Source: Tubulanus polymorphus (lineage: Eukaryota > Animalia > Nemertea). Taken from it: 64,000 nt of DNA. The stretch spans positions 4,030,001-4,094,000 of the forward strand of contig NC_134028.1 of the NCBI RefSeq assembly GCF_964204645.1. Reading direction: 5' to 3'. This document shows positions 26,003 to 39,401 of this stretch, in pieces. The position numbers were made by a program, and so were the translations under genes. How positions within the stretch are numbered: the stretch's first letter is position 1; every line of letters starts with the position of its first letter. The notes under the pieces are model-generated. The model was not told the DNA's origin. It worked only from the letters and a program-made list of their open reading frames with translations, and searched no databases.

Positions 26003-29000
26003 TTAACAGATCAACATAGTCGATTGATTCAGTACATTATTAGGATCGTGAGCGGTGACATCATCTTTATAATCGGTATCCGTGTCCTTCTTATTCATAC
26101 AACAAGCGCGAACGCATAAATTCTGCCAACCTCCCTGAAAATCAAAACATTAAACTTCCGTCAATCTCTTCAGTTCGTTTTATTTATTTATGAGTTAATT
26201 CTTTTACAGGGTCCCTACGACTCCTTGATTCCTTAAAAACTCTTTCAAAGGTGCTTGAAACTCCTCTAATTTGAGCAAAATGCCCAAAACTCCTTTAAAC
26301 TTCAATTTTGAGAAATATGCAATTAGAAATATTTATAGTTGTAGACTACACCAATAGTGACACAGTGATTTTACCAATTAATGAATCAGAAACCGAGTTT
26401 ATTCAAGTCAAGGATGATATTTGCTAACGCAACCTCCGAATTAACTGTTTACCGAGATAAATAGTACCGATTTAGGAGGAGTCTACAGTAATTGGGATAT
26501 GAAAATGATGCAAATTTGAAATTTTTTCCCTTAAAACTCCTTATATTCAGGAATGACTGATCCGTAGGGACCCTGCGCAACCACATGACTTACCCCTATT
26601 CCGAGTTCCCAGTCAGTTCCCATCGGAGTATTTTCAGTGATTCCAATTCGTCGACAAATAACTCCATTCACTTTGTCCGATTTATGACCGATTTCCGAGG
26701 CGATTGCCCACACCTAAAATTCAACAAGAATTCATCACCCACATGTCCACCGATTTCAACATCTCCAGTAAACGAATATGAATAGTGTTTACCTGGTCTT
26801 CAGGCCCGACGGAAACCTTATCAATATTCCGACAAACCGAGATCCATTTCGTTCCTTCCGGATACGTTATCGTGATGTCTTTTCGAAACCATAAACCACC
26901 TGAAATAAAATAACAGTGAAAGCTGTTCACTAAGTTTCTACTAAAACTGGATACAAATACAGTAAAACTTGTGTAAGTCGGACCAGTCTTGATCGGAAAA
27001 TTGGCGAAAATAATGAGGTCTGAAAATTTCCCATTCATTTTCCTAACAAATTCTCTCTCTCTCTCGGATTTGTAAGATGAAAAATCGCCTAAATTAGACA
27101 AATATTCAAACCCCAAATTGCTGAAATAATGGAAATTACACGTTCACTTACACCCGAGTTTTTACTGTAGAATCAATGTGTACAAACCTGTTTCATCAAC
27201 TGCCCACACTTGTGTTCTACCGACAGATATCTGTTGTAATTTCGAACCAGAGGAAGGTAAAATCACGTGAAACCAACACGAGCCGAGAGGATTCACTCTG
27301 GTTACTCCGTTTCTGAAATATGCTGAACCGTCCTTACAAATAGCCCAGATACGATAATTTCCACCGACTGATATAGATACGAACGGCTGGTCAGTGGCGA
27401 CATGCTGCCAATATTCACCCTTAACATAGAAAATAACTTTCCATCAGACAACAGTAATCAATTTAGACTATAGATGCAGACTATGAGGTTAGGTTTTAGA
27501 CCCACAAATAAATCTTAACTTGACATTGCGGATAGAATGCTTCAACCCATCTTTAGGGGTTTATGTAAAATATTGATATTGTGGGTTTTATTATAGAAAA
27601 TAGTTCTGCCTCAGGGCCGATAGCTCTCAACAGCGATGCAAATATGGCTTAAGATCTGCCTCTAGTTGCTACACGTACCTGTGGATTGTTTCGAGTTACT
27701 CCCATCCTGCAAAGCACACTACAATCTTGACTGATCGCCCAGACTGCGATGACATCGTTCGGAGAGGATACCTGATCTACTTGAACAGAAATATCCTGCA
27801 GCTGAATATTTCCACATTCTAACCACGGGCCCGACGTGAACACTTTACATTCTCTAACAAAAAAAATAATGAGTTCAGCTATAGTTTACTATTCAACAGC
27901 TTATATGTACTGATCATGGATGTGTAGAAAATGCATTTAGGAGAACACAATTACCTGATCCAGCGCCTTTTGCGAACATAATCATTCCAGTACCGGACTC
28001 CGTGGTAAGTACTGAAATTGATAATTAATTCTGTATAACCGGGAAAAGCGATGATGAGAACGTGGAGAATCGTAAAATACAGTCACCACGCGATAGATGT
28101 AGAATACATGTGTTTATCATACTTACTGATAAAAGTTACGAGCGTACTGCCATGCTTGTTTATCAGTTTCACCAGTAAAATCAACCCTCCAATCAGTCGT
28201 CTACAAATAAAACAGACACTGTACACCCCGTGTTCCACGCTAATTTAGCCATTTCTATAGACGAATAACAACCTCTGCTTACCCAATTGAAATTACCCAT
28301 AGGTAATGGGAAATTATCCTTATCTATATTCTGTCGACTTGATTTATCATTCCAAGCACCCAATAAATATCCTCTATAAAACAAATAAACAAAATGGATG
28401 CAAACGATCAGTTTATTTGATAAGCATTTTCAAAAGTATATCAGTGAAATACTGTAAGTCCTACCTAGTTGTGTATCCCATAAGGAAGTGCCATTTTTGA
28501 TGTTCATAGATTGACATGACTCGTTTATCAATTTGAACATGAATTTTATCGGAAACATCTGAAAAAGGCAGAAATAAATGTGTAATACCGAGACACCTCG
28601 TTGATGATACATACATCATCAGGACCCAGTTCCACAGTTGTGAGTGAGAGTTAACTCTGCGTTAAAATTAGTTCATTTTCGATGAGTTAACTCAGAGTCA
28701 AATCTTCGCTCACAACTGTGGAACTGTTTAATGTGGAACTGGGTCATCTGGAACAGATGTTTAAATGATTGTTGAATCATTCAATGGCTGACCTTTGAAA
28801 ACGCCTCCACCGTAGCCTCCTGTATAAACCCATACTTTACGATCAACTCCGATAGCCCAAGTGACTGCACCTCCAGCACCTGATTCAACAATCTCTAGAT
28901 GGCCACCGATCTGCCTCGAATACCTATAATAATATACAAACCAATGATTAATACGCAAACCGATTAAACCTGCAACTGATCAGTGAATCAAATAACTTAC

Positions 29001-32000
29001 ATTTCAGTAAGAGGCATTGTATTGAAGTTTGGTTCAGCCGAATGAGTAAAAACATCCCCCACACTCGTGGTCGCCCAAACTGATTTATCACTCGGGGCCT
29101 GATTTTCTCCTCGGTACTGAGAACAAGCCGTACTTATTGTTACCATCTAAACAGAAGAATAACACAGATTCCGAGTTATTAAGGAGCAGTGAAGCCTAAA
29201 GTATCGGCAGTATTAACCTCGATACTAAAACTCACCCAATCATCGCATTCTTTCTCTGTAGGACCCTTCAGTTGAATCGGTTGTTTATATTCAGAATTGT
29301 CTGTAAGGCATGTATAAATTCCGAATACCGCTCTATGCTCAGTGTGGTTCATTCGACAAATACATAACACATCCTTCAAGTTCACTTGTAAATGCTGCCA
29401 TTTGAAGAAAACATTTTCTATGAAGTTACACGAAAATGAACTGATGTTTTATGTCACACAATCGAAGGACAGGTCCGTAATGAAATTCACCTTTTGTTTG
29501 TTCTTGTAGGAGTAATGCAAAGTGAGGTAGCCATCGCACGAATCTGATACTTGTTCCAGTTCGACAGAGCAGTCGATCACTTTACGTCTGCCAACTGCTT
29601 GCAACCATTGTAAATTTCCTTTTTTCACCCACGAACCCTAAAATCATTCAAAATCATGAATAGAATTAAGTGTTTTTATGAGTATTTTGAGACTGTGTGG
29701 TTGCAGGGGTAGATCCAAGGGGAGGGACCAGGGGATGTGCACCTCTTCCTAAAAATGTCAAGTTCCTCTGAAATTTTCCAGGAAAATGAAAAATATCAAA
29801 CACATCGATACCTAAAAAGTTTAAATTCATAAGATTCTTCTCTGTATTTCCAAAAAATGAGTTAATATTTTCCGATGAGCTTTCTTTTGGGGTGCTGTAT
29901 GTTGATTATGCCCCATTTCAGGGCGCGTCCCTTCCTGAATTATACCCTAGATCTGCCCCTGGGTTGATTGAGATTGTTCACCTGCTCAACTGCTCGTTCG
30001 TAATGACGGAATCTAAGTACTTCACGGTTGTTACGTAGGTGCAACTGTCTAAGTAGATTTGCCCGACACGCTTCAATATCAACCGTAGAAGGAGACGATC
30101 GTAGCTTCTCTACAAAATGAGTTATCAGATGAAATTCATTCACAATTACACCCGATTCGAGTCGAGCCCCTGTTTAACACGACCATAGGGGTCTAGTTGT
30201 TTCATGAAAAAGTGAAACTCCAATTTTAGAATCCACTATTTACAAACTCACCTGATTTACAAACCCACCTCTTATAGTTCAAAACATTGCGTCTTTTGAA
30301 TTTTTATAAATACACACTAAACACCCTTTCAATCTTTAGAATTTTGCGTATAGTTGGTTTTAAACTTATTATCTATTCTCCACATCGGAGTGTATGGGTT
30401 ATTCTACAATTAGCTTCAATTGCTATTGGCTATTTCATCAATGAGGACAACAATTCAAACTTACCCGTTACAAGCTTAGACCTTTTCATGAAACTGCAGA
30501 CCCTGGTATCGTATAAATTACTTACCGGAATGTTTTACAACCCAAGGAATGTTCACAGTAGAATCTAACACGCATCCCGAACCATTCACCCACACCCAAA
30601 CATTATTACTATCTTCACCGATCTTATTATCGCTGTCTTCGTACACGCTTTCATCCGTGTCCGTAAACGGGGACGGATTATCCGGTCTATCGACACCGGG
30701 TGACGTCTGACGATACGACGACCGACGATACGAGACAAAATTCAAACTCGTATCGATGTCGAGCTGTTCTTCTTCCGTTGTCGCGTTGCTGCGGTGATCG
30801 TCGATCGCGCCAACAGACGACACAGTTATTAAAGTACTTTGTTTCGTCGGTTCCGATTCGTCGGAAATGTAAAACTTAATCGGATTTTCGACCATTCGTA
30901 AATCAGCGGCGTCGGTTTCGTTATCATCGACGCCGTTTGTAAGCGAGTTCTCGGGCGTAGAACGTTGAATGGAATCGGCGACGGTCGTTTCTACGCTCGT
31001 TTCGTAACAATTCACGAAATCGATAATCGTATCCGACGCGCACGACGATAAACTCTCGTTTAACGACAGACGATCAATCGCCGGCAGGAGGCTTCGTGAA
31101 GTTGATTCCGATTCGCTGGCGACGCTGTTTTTTGATTGAATCGATTCGTTCATTGCCGAATTCGTTTCGTCGTTAATCGTCTGTGATTGGTTAACAGCGA
31201 TTTCCGACCGATTTGATTGGTCGACGTCGGAAGGCAATAAACCGGTGGACGTCTCAGATTTAATTTCATTCGGATTCTCATCTTTTGATTGGGCGTCATC
31301 TCGTGCCGTAAAAGCCAATATTTTTGATTGAGCACCATTTTGATTTGATAATTGACTCATCTCCTCCGCATCGCATTGGATTTTAATACAATCCAATTTT
31401 GCTGCAACTCTTTCACCCGGAGAATCGTCACCTTCAACAATATCGATGCCGGATGTATCGAAATGTTTTTCTGGTTCAATCGCGGTGATAGGTTTCAAAT
31501 CTTCGCCGCAAAAACTGCACTTTCCTGGTTCGGTTTTATTTGCTTCGAGCAACGGAAATTTTCCGCCGATGAAAGTCAGCGTGTGTTGACAAGTTCGAAA
31601 ACATAACGCGCACATCGTTCCCAGCGGGAAATGTTCTGCATTTTCCGTAGCCGGAGAGGAATTCGGGGTAAAACCATCCTGCGACGGCGGGGTTCCCATA
31701 CTCAATAAACTAGGACTCTTACCGCGCAAATACGACTCAGATCCGACGGATAGATAGTTCGAGCTGAGCTCCGTCGCGGTGGAAAATGAAGACCCGGTTT
31801 CTGATTTCGCGATGTTGTACAGAGGCTTCATTACTGTCGGTAATGAGATACATTTCCAGGTTTTACCGCTGAGATCGTGAGCAGTGACACATGTACGAAA
31901 ATAGACGCAACGATCTTCAGCCCCGATACCGAACACCTAGAAATAAACCGCACTATCGAAAATAGATGCTGACATTCCTGACGATCACCGTAACATTTTC

Positions 32001-34682
32001 AATCGAAGAAAAAACCCACAATTACATAGTAAAACAAATGAAGTATTTTGATGAGTCATATCCAAAACAGATTCATTTCCCAAGAACAATTATAACAATA
32101 TCATTGGGGAATCTGTTTTGAAAATAGCTCATAGGATTTGCATTGAAATGTCCAAATACTCCATAATTAGTTTTATTTCAAGATTTGGGGTTTTCTCATC
32201 CATTGAATTAGACAGCCACTTGTTCATCAACATAAAATTTCAAATCCATATCAATGTTGCAAATGTAAATTACATGTATTGCCTAATTGAATAATGTTAT
32301 TGTACCTGGTCATTAGGGCCTACAGACACCATGCTCATTTCACCAACCATTTCAATCCAATTCGTACCAGTTTCGGAGAGCGCGTGTTCTTCTCCGGAAA
32401 AATTGAAGCGTATTCCTTTTCTGAACCACACCTACAAACGACATCAGACATTTACGTAGAAGTTTTCGGACAAGCGATGAAAGCAATCTGTTTTCATACC
32501 TTTCCATTTCTGCTGACAGCCCAAATGACGTTGGTTCCTACGGCAACTTGTGAGAGTCGACAAGCATCATCAACGCTCGGTGGATCAACTTCTGTCCAAG
32601 CATCACCTGAATTATTTACGAATCATCGTTAGACTCGGACCAAGCGCCAGATGCTGCTTTAGAGCTCATCGACAACGTACCGATAATATTGTTCCAAGCG
32701 ACACCAGAGCGAACGAGAGCTTGCCCATCCCACGTGATTGCCCAAACTAAACCCATTGGCCCGACAGAAATGCTGGTTACTTCTCTACCCATGTCAGTGA
32801 CTACTACCTTCCAAAAATCACCCTCGGGCGACTGACGACAAACTCCTTCACGATACAAAATCTGAAAAATAGAATACATTTTCCGATTATTCCTCCTCTA
32901 CAAAAGAACTGAAGAGTTTGACTTCGAAGCGGTTTTCAAAATCCTCACCTTGCCATGGAATGTGACGGCCCATACTGCTAGGAAGCCTAAAGGTTGATTA
33001 GGCAATTGATAACCTCCAACAGCAATATCAATGAACGGATCAATCTTAGGATTGAGGTTTGCAGATGGCACCTGTACATAATACAAACAGCATGATACTT
33101 GTATCATTTCATTGTAACGCAGAATTTAGATATTTTCCATTATGAAAGATATATCGCGATTTTCTAAAAGGATGAAAGTATACTCACTCGAGCCCAGGTA
33201 TCGACAGCTATATAACGCCGATATCTAATCCACTTCCGTCGACGAACGAATGAATTCCACTTTTTCTCCGGGTAATAATCTCTGTAGAAATTAGTAGCAT
33301 ACTGCCATCCCTGAAATACACAACACGATCGTCATTAAACAGGGTTCAAACCATTTGCACTCTTCAATTTTCCTGTGCCAAATTTCCAGAGCGATTTGAG
33401 GTATGAGCTTTTAATCATCAAGGTAGAATTGAAGCTTATGAAAACAATACTAGGGCCACGGTACTATAAAACTTGAGAAAACATTCCATAACGTCAGACA
33501 CAAAACTTCATTTAATGCCTTGAAAATAAGTATTATCAGTTTCGTTCCACAACTTTGCCAGATTAGTACACACCCTGCAGAAATCAGTGAAACTGCAAAT
33601 ATTTTCAAGATTAGTTATAAGATTAGTTCCGTTTAAATTGATGACGATCAGATCCATCAAATCTATGTCTGACTGAGAGGGATGACATGATCCATGAATC
33701 AGGACATACATCAAATTTCTAAACGATCATAGATATTTCTCGATGTACCGTACCCCTTTATCTGTTATGTGTCCTTTCAAATTCTCATCTAAAAACCAAT
33801 CTTTTTCCCATTCCCAGTTGTCCGACGGTAATTTGAACGTATCCTTGCATTTTTCCTTAGTTCCGTCTTCATTGCTCCAGTTCCAACGATCAACCGGGAA
33901 CTTTTTCTTTCCAGAGTATCCGCTGAGAGGGGTCCACCTCTATTTCGCATAGAAAAAAACATGAATAGCTGATATAATTATGACCACTACTTAACTGCTT
34001 ACTCTATTCAGTATCTCTCGTCAGTAACCTGTCTGCGGTCTAGTTACATGATCGGATGTTAGTATAAGCCCATCTGATTATAAATGTTTACCACTAATGA
34101 TAAGGCAACTACCTAACTGGTAGACCTATTTTATTGCATTCACTATCAGTAGCCTACAATGTGCGGGCAACACTTTAGATACACAGGGGCTTGTAATTGA
34201 AGATTGGGCTAAACTGTAGCTTAGATCGTCCAGTATTTATATATAAGTACCTAGGATACTGGACGATATAAGATACAGTTCACCCCCAAACTTCAAAACT
34301 GTGACTTCAAAGGCCGTGTTCCTGTCATGAAGTTAGATAATCCAATAGGGTTAGTCCTGGCATACTAAGATCCGAATGACATAGGCCTAATGTAAGATAT
34401 GCAAAATGATAAATAAACTTTTCACATTATCAAAAGGCCAAGGCCTACCTCATTTTCATAAGTGACCTCTTGTTGTCTGATCGGTACGTCAGTCAAATGT
34501 ACGTAAACGTATATCTGTTGATCGCTACCGATCGCCCAGGCCAATCCCTCGTGAGCTGAAACACGTTTGAATCCTCGAATTCGCTGCCATTTTCTGTTGA
34601 CTTCCTCCCATTCAGCCTTCGACGTCGACAAGTGATAAATACGACCGTAACTTCCAATCGCCCACAGATATGAGGGTGGCAT
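26003..34682 (-). CDS. TECPR1: Tectonin beta-propeller repeat-containing protein 1 (TECPR repeats, two dysferlin domains, PH domain)
   Basis: Multi-exon. First exon 34449-34682 (MPPSYLWAIGSYG..FKRVSAHEGLAWAIG..EVTYENE), then RWTPLSGYS..W.WEKDW..GWQYA..FVRRRKWIRYRRY (DysF); VWAVTFHGK, ISVGPMGLVWAITWDG; large exon about 30525-31937; FRHYERAVEQ; PH-domain exons; second DysF; terminal repeats RRIGITENTPMGTDWELGIG spliced to last exon 26003-26134 (GGWQNLCVR..MLIC*). Not every internal boundary was verified. Confidence 0.92.
26207..26575. mobile_element. MITE with CAGGGTCCCTACG TIRs in the last TECPR1 intron
   Basis: CAGGGTCCCTACG ... CGTAGGGACCCTG, a perfect 13-bp inverted repeat; related sequence at about 6248-6555. 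Confidence 0.7.
28622..28745. mobile_element. Short hairpin MITE
   Basis: GACCCAGTTCCACAGTTGTGAG ... CTCACAACTGTGGAACTG and TGTGGAACTGGGTC inverted repeats. Confidence 0.6.
29704..29961. mobile_element. CAGGGG(C/T)AGATC(C/T)AG-type inverted-repeat element
   Basis: CAGGGGTAGATCCA ... TAGATCTGCCCCTG. Confidence 0.55.
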
Positions 34683-35181
34683 TTGTCATCGCAGCTCTGT
34701 TCCTCACAAGAGTTTCTAGCAAAATATTCTCGATATGGAAGTTGCTGCTGCAATCAGAATCAAATGTAGTATACTATATGCATATGAAGAAGTCAGCAGC
34801 AGGATTAATGACAGAGAGGAGACTGAGAAATCTGGTCCTGCTGGACTAAAGAAGAATCTGGAAGTGGAAGGCTATGATGACAGCTGCTCCAATTATTTTT
34901 AAGAGAAGGAATACGTACCATACACTTGAAACGCCTGTTTTTATTTTCAACTTTCACGATAAAAAACGTACAGAAAATTGGGCAAAATTGGCACGATTTC
35001 GAAATAAAATTTTACTTCCGGGTTCCGTATCTCGGAATAAACAAATCAATTGAATTGAATGTAATAAAGGATTGCTCCGACAATAAGCTCACGCGGGAAT
35101 ATCGATAAATTCAAATTAAATGTGCAGGTGAGTTACTCGGTCGTTTTTTTAAATAATTTTTTTCAATACCGGTACTTGGTA

Positions 35182-35415
35182 CTATCTTTTAAAGTATGTA
35201 TCATATTCGTCGTTTAAAGCCAACATTCTATTATCTCCGTCCAATTTATCCGATCTTTGGATATCACCCGCCCAGTCAGAGGTGAACCCGTTTGGGGCCC
35301 ATGCATCAAAGCCCCCAGAGCCACACCTGGCGGCATCCACTGGGTCCTTGGACAAGTGGATACCCAACTTATGCGTCGAGAAAGGTGACAAATCTTTGAT
35401 CGCATACGATGCCAT
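35182..35415 (-). CDS. Candidate single-exon 77-aa small protein, family not recognised
   Basis: ATG in strong context (ataaaATGG), more GC-rich than its flanks, balanced protein-like composition, TAG stop. No recognised domain. Confidence 0.45.
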   Translation of the reverse strand: MASYAIKDLSPFSTHKLGIHLSKDPVDAARCGSGGFDAWAPNGFTSDWAGDIQRSDKLDGDNRMLALNDEYDTYFKR

Positions 35416-36153
35416 TTTATATGGATGCTATACGATTCACAGCAGACTCAGTGATATTTTTCCGAAACAGTTTATGACCATGCACACACGCCACACCAGG
35501 ATTCTCAAAAGACAACCACTGAAATACAATGCTAAACCTAAACTGCATCTACTAAAATTATTGACGTACGATCCCAACCGGTCAAACGTCGAAAATATTG
35601 ATTATCGGTTACGGTACCCATGATATGGCAATCTGACGTGTAGTTCAATGTAAGACCACCAGCTGGTTGGAATTGAAATAAACTCAAGAAAAATATCATA
35701 GAAATAAAAGCATTTCTGCGTGCTCCACATTAAAGGAATAATTTCTCTTTTCCTCAGAGCCATGTTACATTTGAAACAAACTCCTCGAACATAACATATT
35801 GTGAACAGCGGTCGATCAGTTGTAACTTTCAAATCTCTTAATTGCCCGAGTAGGGCCCCGTCTGGCCTACTCTCTTTCCTAATGTTTCATCATCATTATT
35901 TTCTTTCGCACACCATGTGTGGGCCTACTCTAATCGCGCAGGTCAGAGAAGAAGAAGTGTGTACTCATCCACTTCTCGTACCGTTTTTACCTTTGACCAG
36001 TAATTGAACGAAACTAATAAATAGTCAAGAAGTAACTACTCAAACCACTTCATTTGTAATATACATTTCTTTTATTCATTCATCCACGAATAAATTTCAA
36101 GATGAAATTAAATGTAATTCTACAATGCAAAGACATTTGCCACGACGACTATA

Positions 36154-37520
36154 TTACTTCTTTTTGTAGACGGTGGCAATTCCACCGCTGAAACAACTTT
36201 CGAAATCGTTGAATACGACATCAGGTTCAAGACCCTTTTCACCTTCTATGTTTCTGATGCAACTTCTCGTGGTGTCGGTGCAGTGGTCAGTAGAAGTAAA
36301 TTGAGCTGTATGCGTGTCGTAGTGGGTCACACCGTATGATTTGGCGCTTAGATTGATAGTGGTTGACTTGACGAATGTTACACCGTCACTGCAAACAACA
36401 TCAACAGCCGCGTTGATATTATTCGTGTTGAATGTGTATTCTCTGGTATGTCCGATGACAAGTGCTGCACCCGGCCCAGTGAAGGATATCTCCTTCGCAG
36501 ATGAGGACTCGGTGCCTGTTGACGTTTGTGTAGTTGTCGATGTTTCCCACGAAGTTGAACCACCAAATGACTGTGAAAAGCCCACAGTTACGGATCCACC
36601 ATTTCCAAGGAACCCTGCAGACGCTTCAGCCTCGACGGAAATGGTTGACTCGAATGTAAAAGATCCTCCCTCACTGACCGTGACGGAAGTAGTTTCTGTC
36701 ACGGAATCAGTAGCCGACAGGGATAAGGAATTATCGCTGCCCGGGGAACATGCCTGTGCAGTAGTGATGCCTACAACTCTTTGGCCGGTTTCTGTTGGGA
36801 GGACCTCATCGAGAATCCGTATTCTGGTAGCCTTGCACGTAGCAAACTCACATGTCCTCACTTTGAACCGGCGATCTCTAAATGGAATTTAAGAAAGGGT
36901 ATCGATGATATTGACCAAGTTTGATAAGATGAAACATGTCAGGAATTGAAAAAGGTACTTACTCAGGAGAGTTACTATGGGTACTGTACATGCCAACAAT
37001 AGCTTTACCCGCAGGTACCTGATAATTCAGGTATCCATTGAAAGAGTTGAGAAAATCGCTCCAACCACATCTCAAACCATTTTTCGTTATCAGCTTAAAA
37101 TTGAAGGAAAGAAATAGCCTCATAGGAATATCATTTAATATCACTATTTAGATTAAATGATTGTCTACGTACCCCACAACAGGTCAATTTAAATCTTCTG
37201 TCATCATAATGGTTAGAATGCTCAGCATATACTCCTGCCAGAATACCACCATTCGGACAGACGTAGTCCATCAGTTTATCCATGTTATTCACAAAATCAG
37301 ACCTCGTGCAGTCGTTACTAACGAAACCGGCCTTACACTTGAATTCAAATCTTCTATCTTGATAGTAATTGCTGTGAGTGCTTTTAATCGAATATATGTA
37401 CTCGCCGGTAGGGCAGGTGAAGTCTAGAAGCTTGTCCATCTCATTGGCCCAGTCTTCAGCGTTTACTTGCAGTAAACACCACACAAATACCAACACGAGG
37501 ATAGCAGAATATTTAAACAT
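36154..37520 (-). CDS. Secreted dermatopontin/hemagglutinin-amebocyte-aggregation-factor domain fused to a putative aerolysin/ETX-MTX2-like pore-forming domain, copy A (400 aa)
   Basis: Exons 37173-37520, 36963-37093 and 36154-36877 (1203 nt). Signal peptide; three repeats ending in S/A-x-H-S-N-x-x-x-D-R-R-F-x-x-x-C (dermatopontin/HAAF signature); Ser/Thr-rich beta domain with amphipathic hairpin TISVEAEASAGFLGNGGSVTVGFSQSFG. Gene model is secure; the pore-forming call is inferred. Confidence 0.85.
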
Positions 37521-37813
37521 CTGAAAAAGATGAATAAAAAACCTAAATAACTCTATAGAAACAGTTCTTATGCACCCCACAGGACGGAATGCCATTGCTT
37601 ATGTGCCTGGAACAATTGACTTGTCTTTTGAACTGCAGATCGTGTATTCCATTAGATTAGAAAAGATATACGGTGTTTAATGGATAGTAATACTCTTCGA
37701 ATTGTCAAATATTTCGCTCATATTTGCGAACCACTCACATCTAAGTTCTCTTTGCAGTTGCGTTTACACAGACAAATGTGTCGTCTGTTATCTGGTTGAC
37801 TAGCGGAGCAGTG

Positions 37814-37821
37814 TTTAAATA
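37814..37821 (-). promoter_or_regulatory. TATA-like box of copy A
   Basis: TATTTAAA on the - strand, followed by a short non-coding exon ending at a gtgagt donor; same layout as copy B. Confidence 0.6.
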
Positions 37822-39235
37822 ATATTCAAGTTTGTAATGGCATCAACAGCTGCCCTATTCACATGGCGAATTGGAAAAAAGATTTTGAGATCATCTATTA
37901 AATCAGCGACCCTAATTGATATATGTAAAAAAGTCTATTGATGAAATATTCTTTCATAAAGAAAAGCTAAGATGATTTACAACATTCCCGAGTTCCCGTG
38001 GTGCGTGGTTCGGAGACACAATGTCGCTCTAAAAAATAAACCTAATTACATCTTCATTGAATGCTAATCTACCTCAAATAATTACGTCAAACATATGATA
38101 TAATACACCAACAATGTGAAAAAATATATACCAACGATTTAGTCCATACTGACTTTGTTCTCGAGAACTATTGAACATTTGTTTTAGATTCTATTGGTTT
38201 TTATAACATCGAAACTTATTGAAACCGAAATTCATTGTTCCAAAAAATGACGTGTATATATTGTTTATCAGAAAATGAATGATGATTGAAAAAGGATAAT
38301 CAATAGGCAACACTATTATTCTCATTATGCTTACATTGAAGGAAATGAAATCCAATAATTTTAATATGGTGCATCTCATTGAATCTGACTTTTACTTCCC
38401 ATTATCTATGCCACTTCATCTATGCTTAATTTCGCATTCAGTTAAATTTGAATCAGTTTCGTAACAATTACTCCGATACAGAATGGAAATATGAAATAAC
38501 GATTTAAAAACAGTCCATTCAAAAACTTGAGTGCAGTCAGTAATTCAAATTTCATTATTCGTAATCCATTCGAAAAAACATGCGTCCAATAAGAAGACCA
38601 CCCTTTTACGGGTCGCAGGAGCGGATCCAGAGACCTGCACAAGTCCAAATTTTTTAAGTGCCATTCTTGATTTCGTCAATAAAGATAATTGGTGCATTTC
38701 AGTGCTGGAGTACATTTGATATTGCATTTTTGGGCATTCAAGTGCCCTTCTGGACTTGACAAGTTCTTAAGAATTAGCCCCTCAGTGCGGGAGAGCACCT
38801 AAACTTGCTTTTTGGACGTAAAGTGCCTTTTTGGGATGTGGCAAGTCAAATTAGGCCCCTAAACCCGGCCCTGGGTAGTATATATTCAGTTATAGCAAAG
38901 TAGCCACAATTTTGATTAGGGTAGTAAAATCTTAAAATATGGTGGTTGGATATGACATTATTTCCATTGATATTGTCACTGAAGATTGTGATTTAATTCT
39001 TTTGTGCGTCTATTCGCAAAATGGTTGCGCATTTTTCTCTACTTCACGTCCTCCGAAACAAATTTTTTAAATACATTCTCCCATAAAATATGTGTACGCA
39101 TCTTGACGTTAAAAATAGTTCATGAGGTAATTACGTAAGGTAAATGAATGATTTGATACAATTATACCATTTCTGGAATTACGTATGAATTAAGCAGCTG
39201 TTCACATCCATTGATTCCATAACAAAGATGAAAAG

Positions 39236-39243
39236 TATTTAAA
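39236..39243 (+). promoter_or_regulatory. TATA-like box of copy B
   Basis: TATTTAAA followed by a non-coding exon ending at aat|gtgagt (about 39312); acceptor tttttcag directly before the ATG at 39402. Confidence 0.6.
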
Positions 39244-39401
39244 CACTGTAAAAGTCACCCCGATATCAGACGACGCGCCTGTCTCTGTTTTGACGCAACT
39301 CCAAAACAGAATGTGAGTAGTTTCCAAAAACCTAAGCAACGTTTCACAATTCGTAGGGTATTCTTATTTTCCATTCAACATAGTGTTTATATCTTTTTCA
39401 G

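Noticed and set aside
30465-30502. Possible TECPR1 micro-exon with a gtaagt donor
   Set aside because: It has a stop in the required phase, and the flanking exons join in frame without it.
36341-36892. 183-aa antisense ORF (and its twin at 40030-40581)
   Set aside because: Shadow frames of the S/T-rich exon of the toxin-like genes; non-ATG start and duplicated only because the sense gene is.
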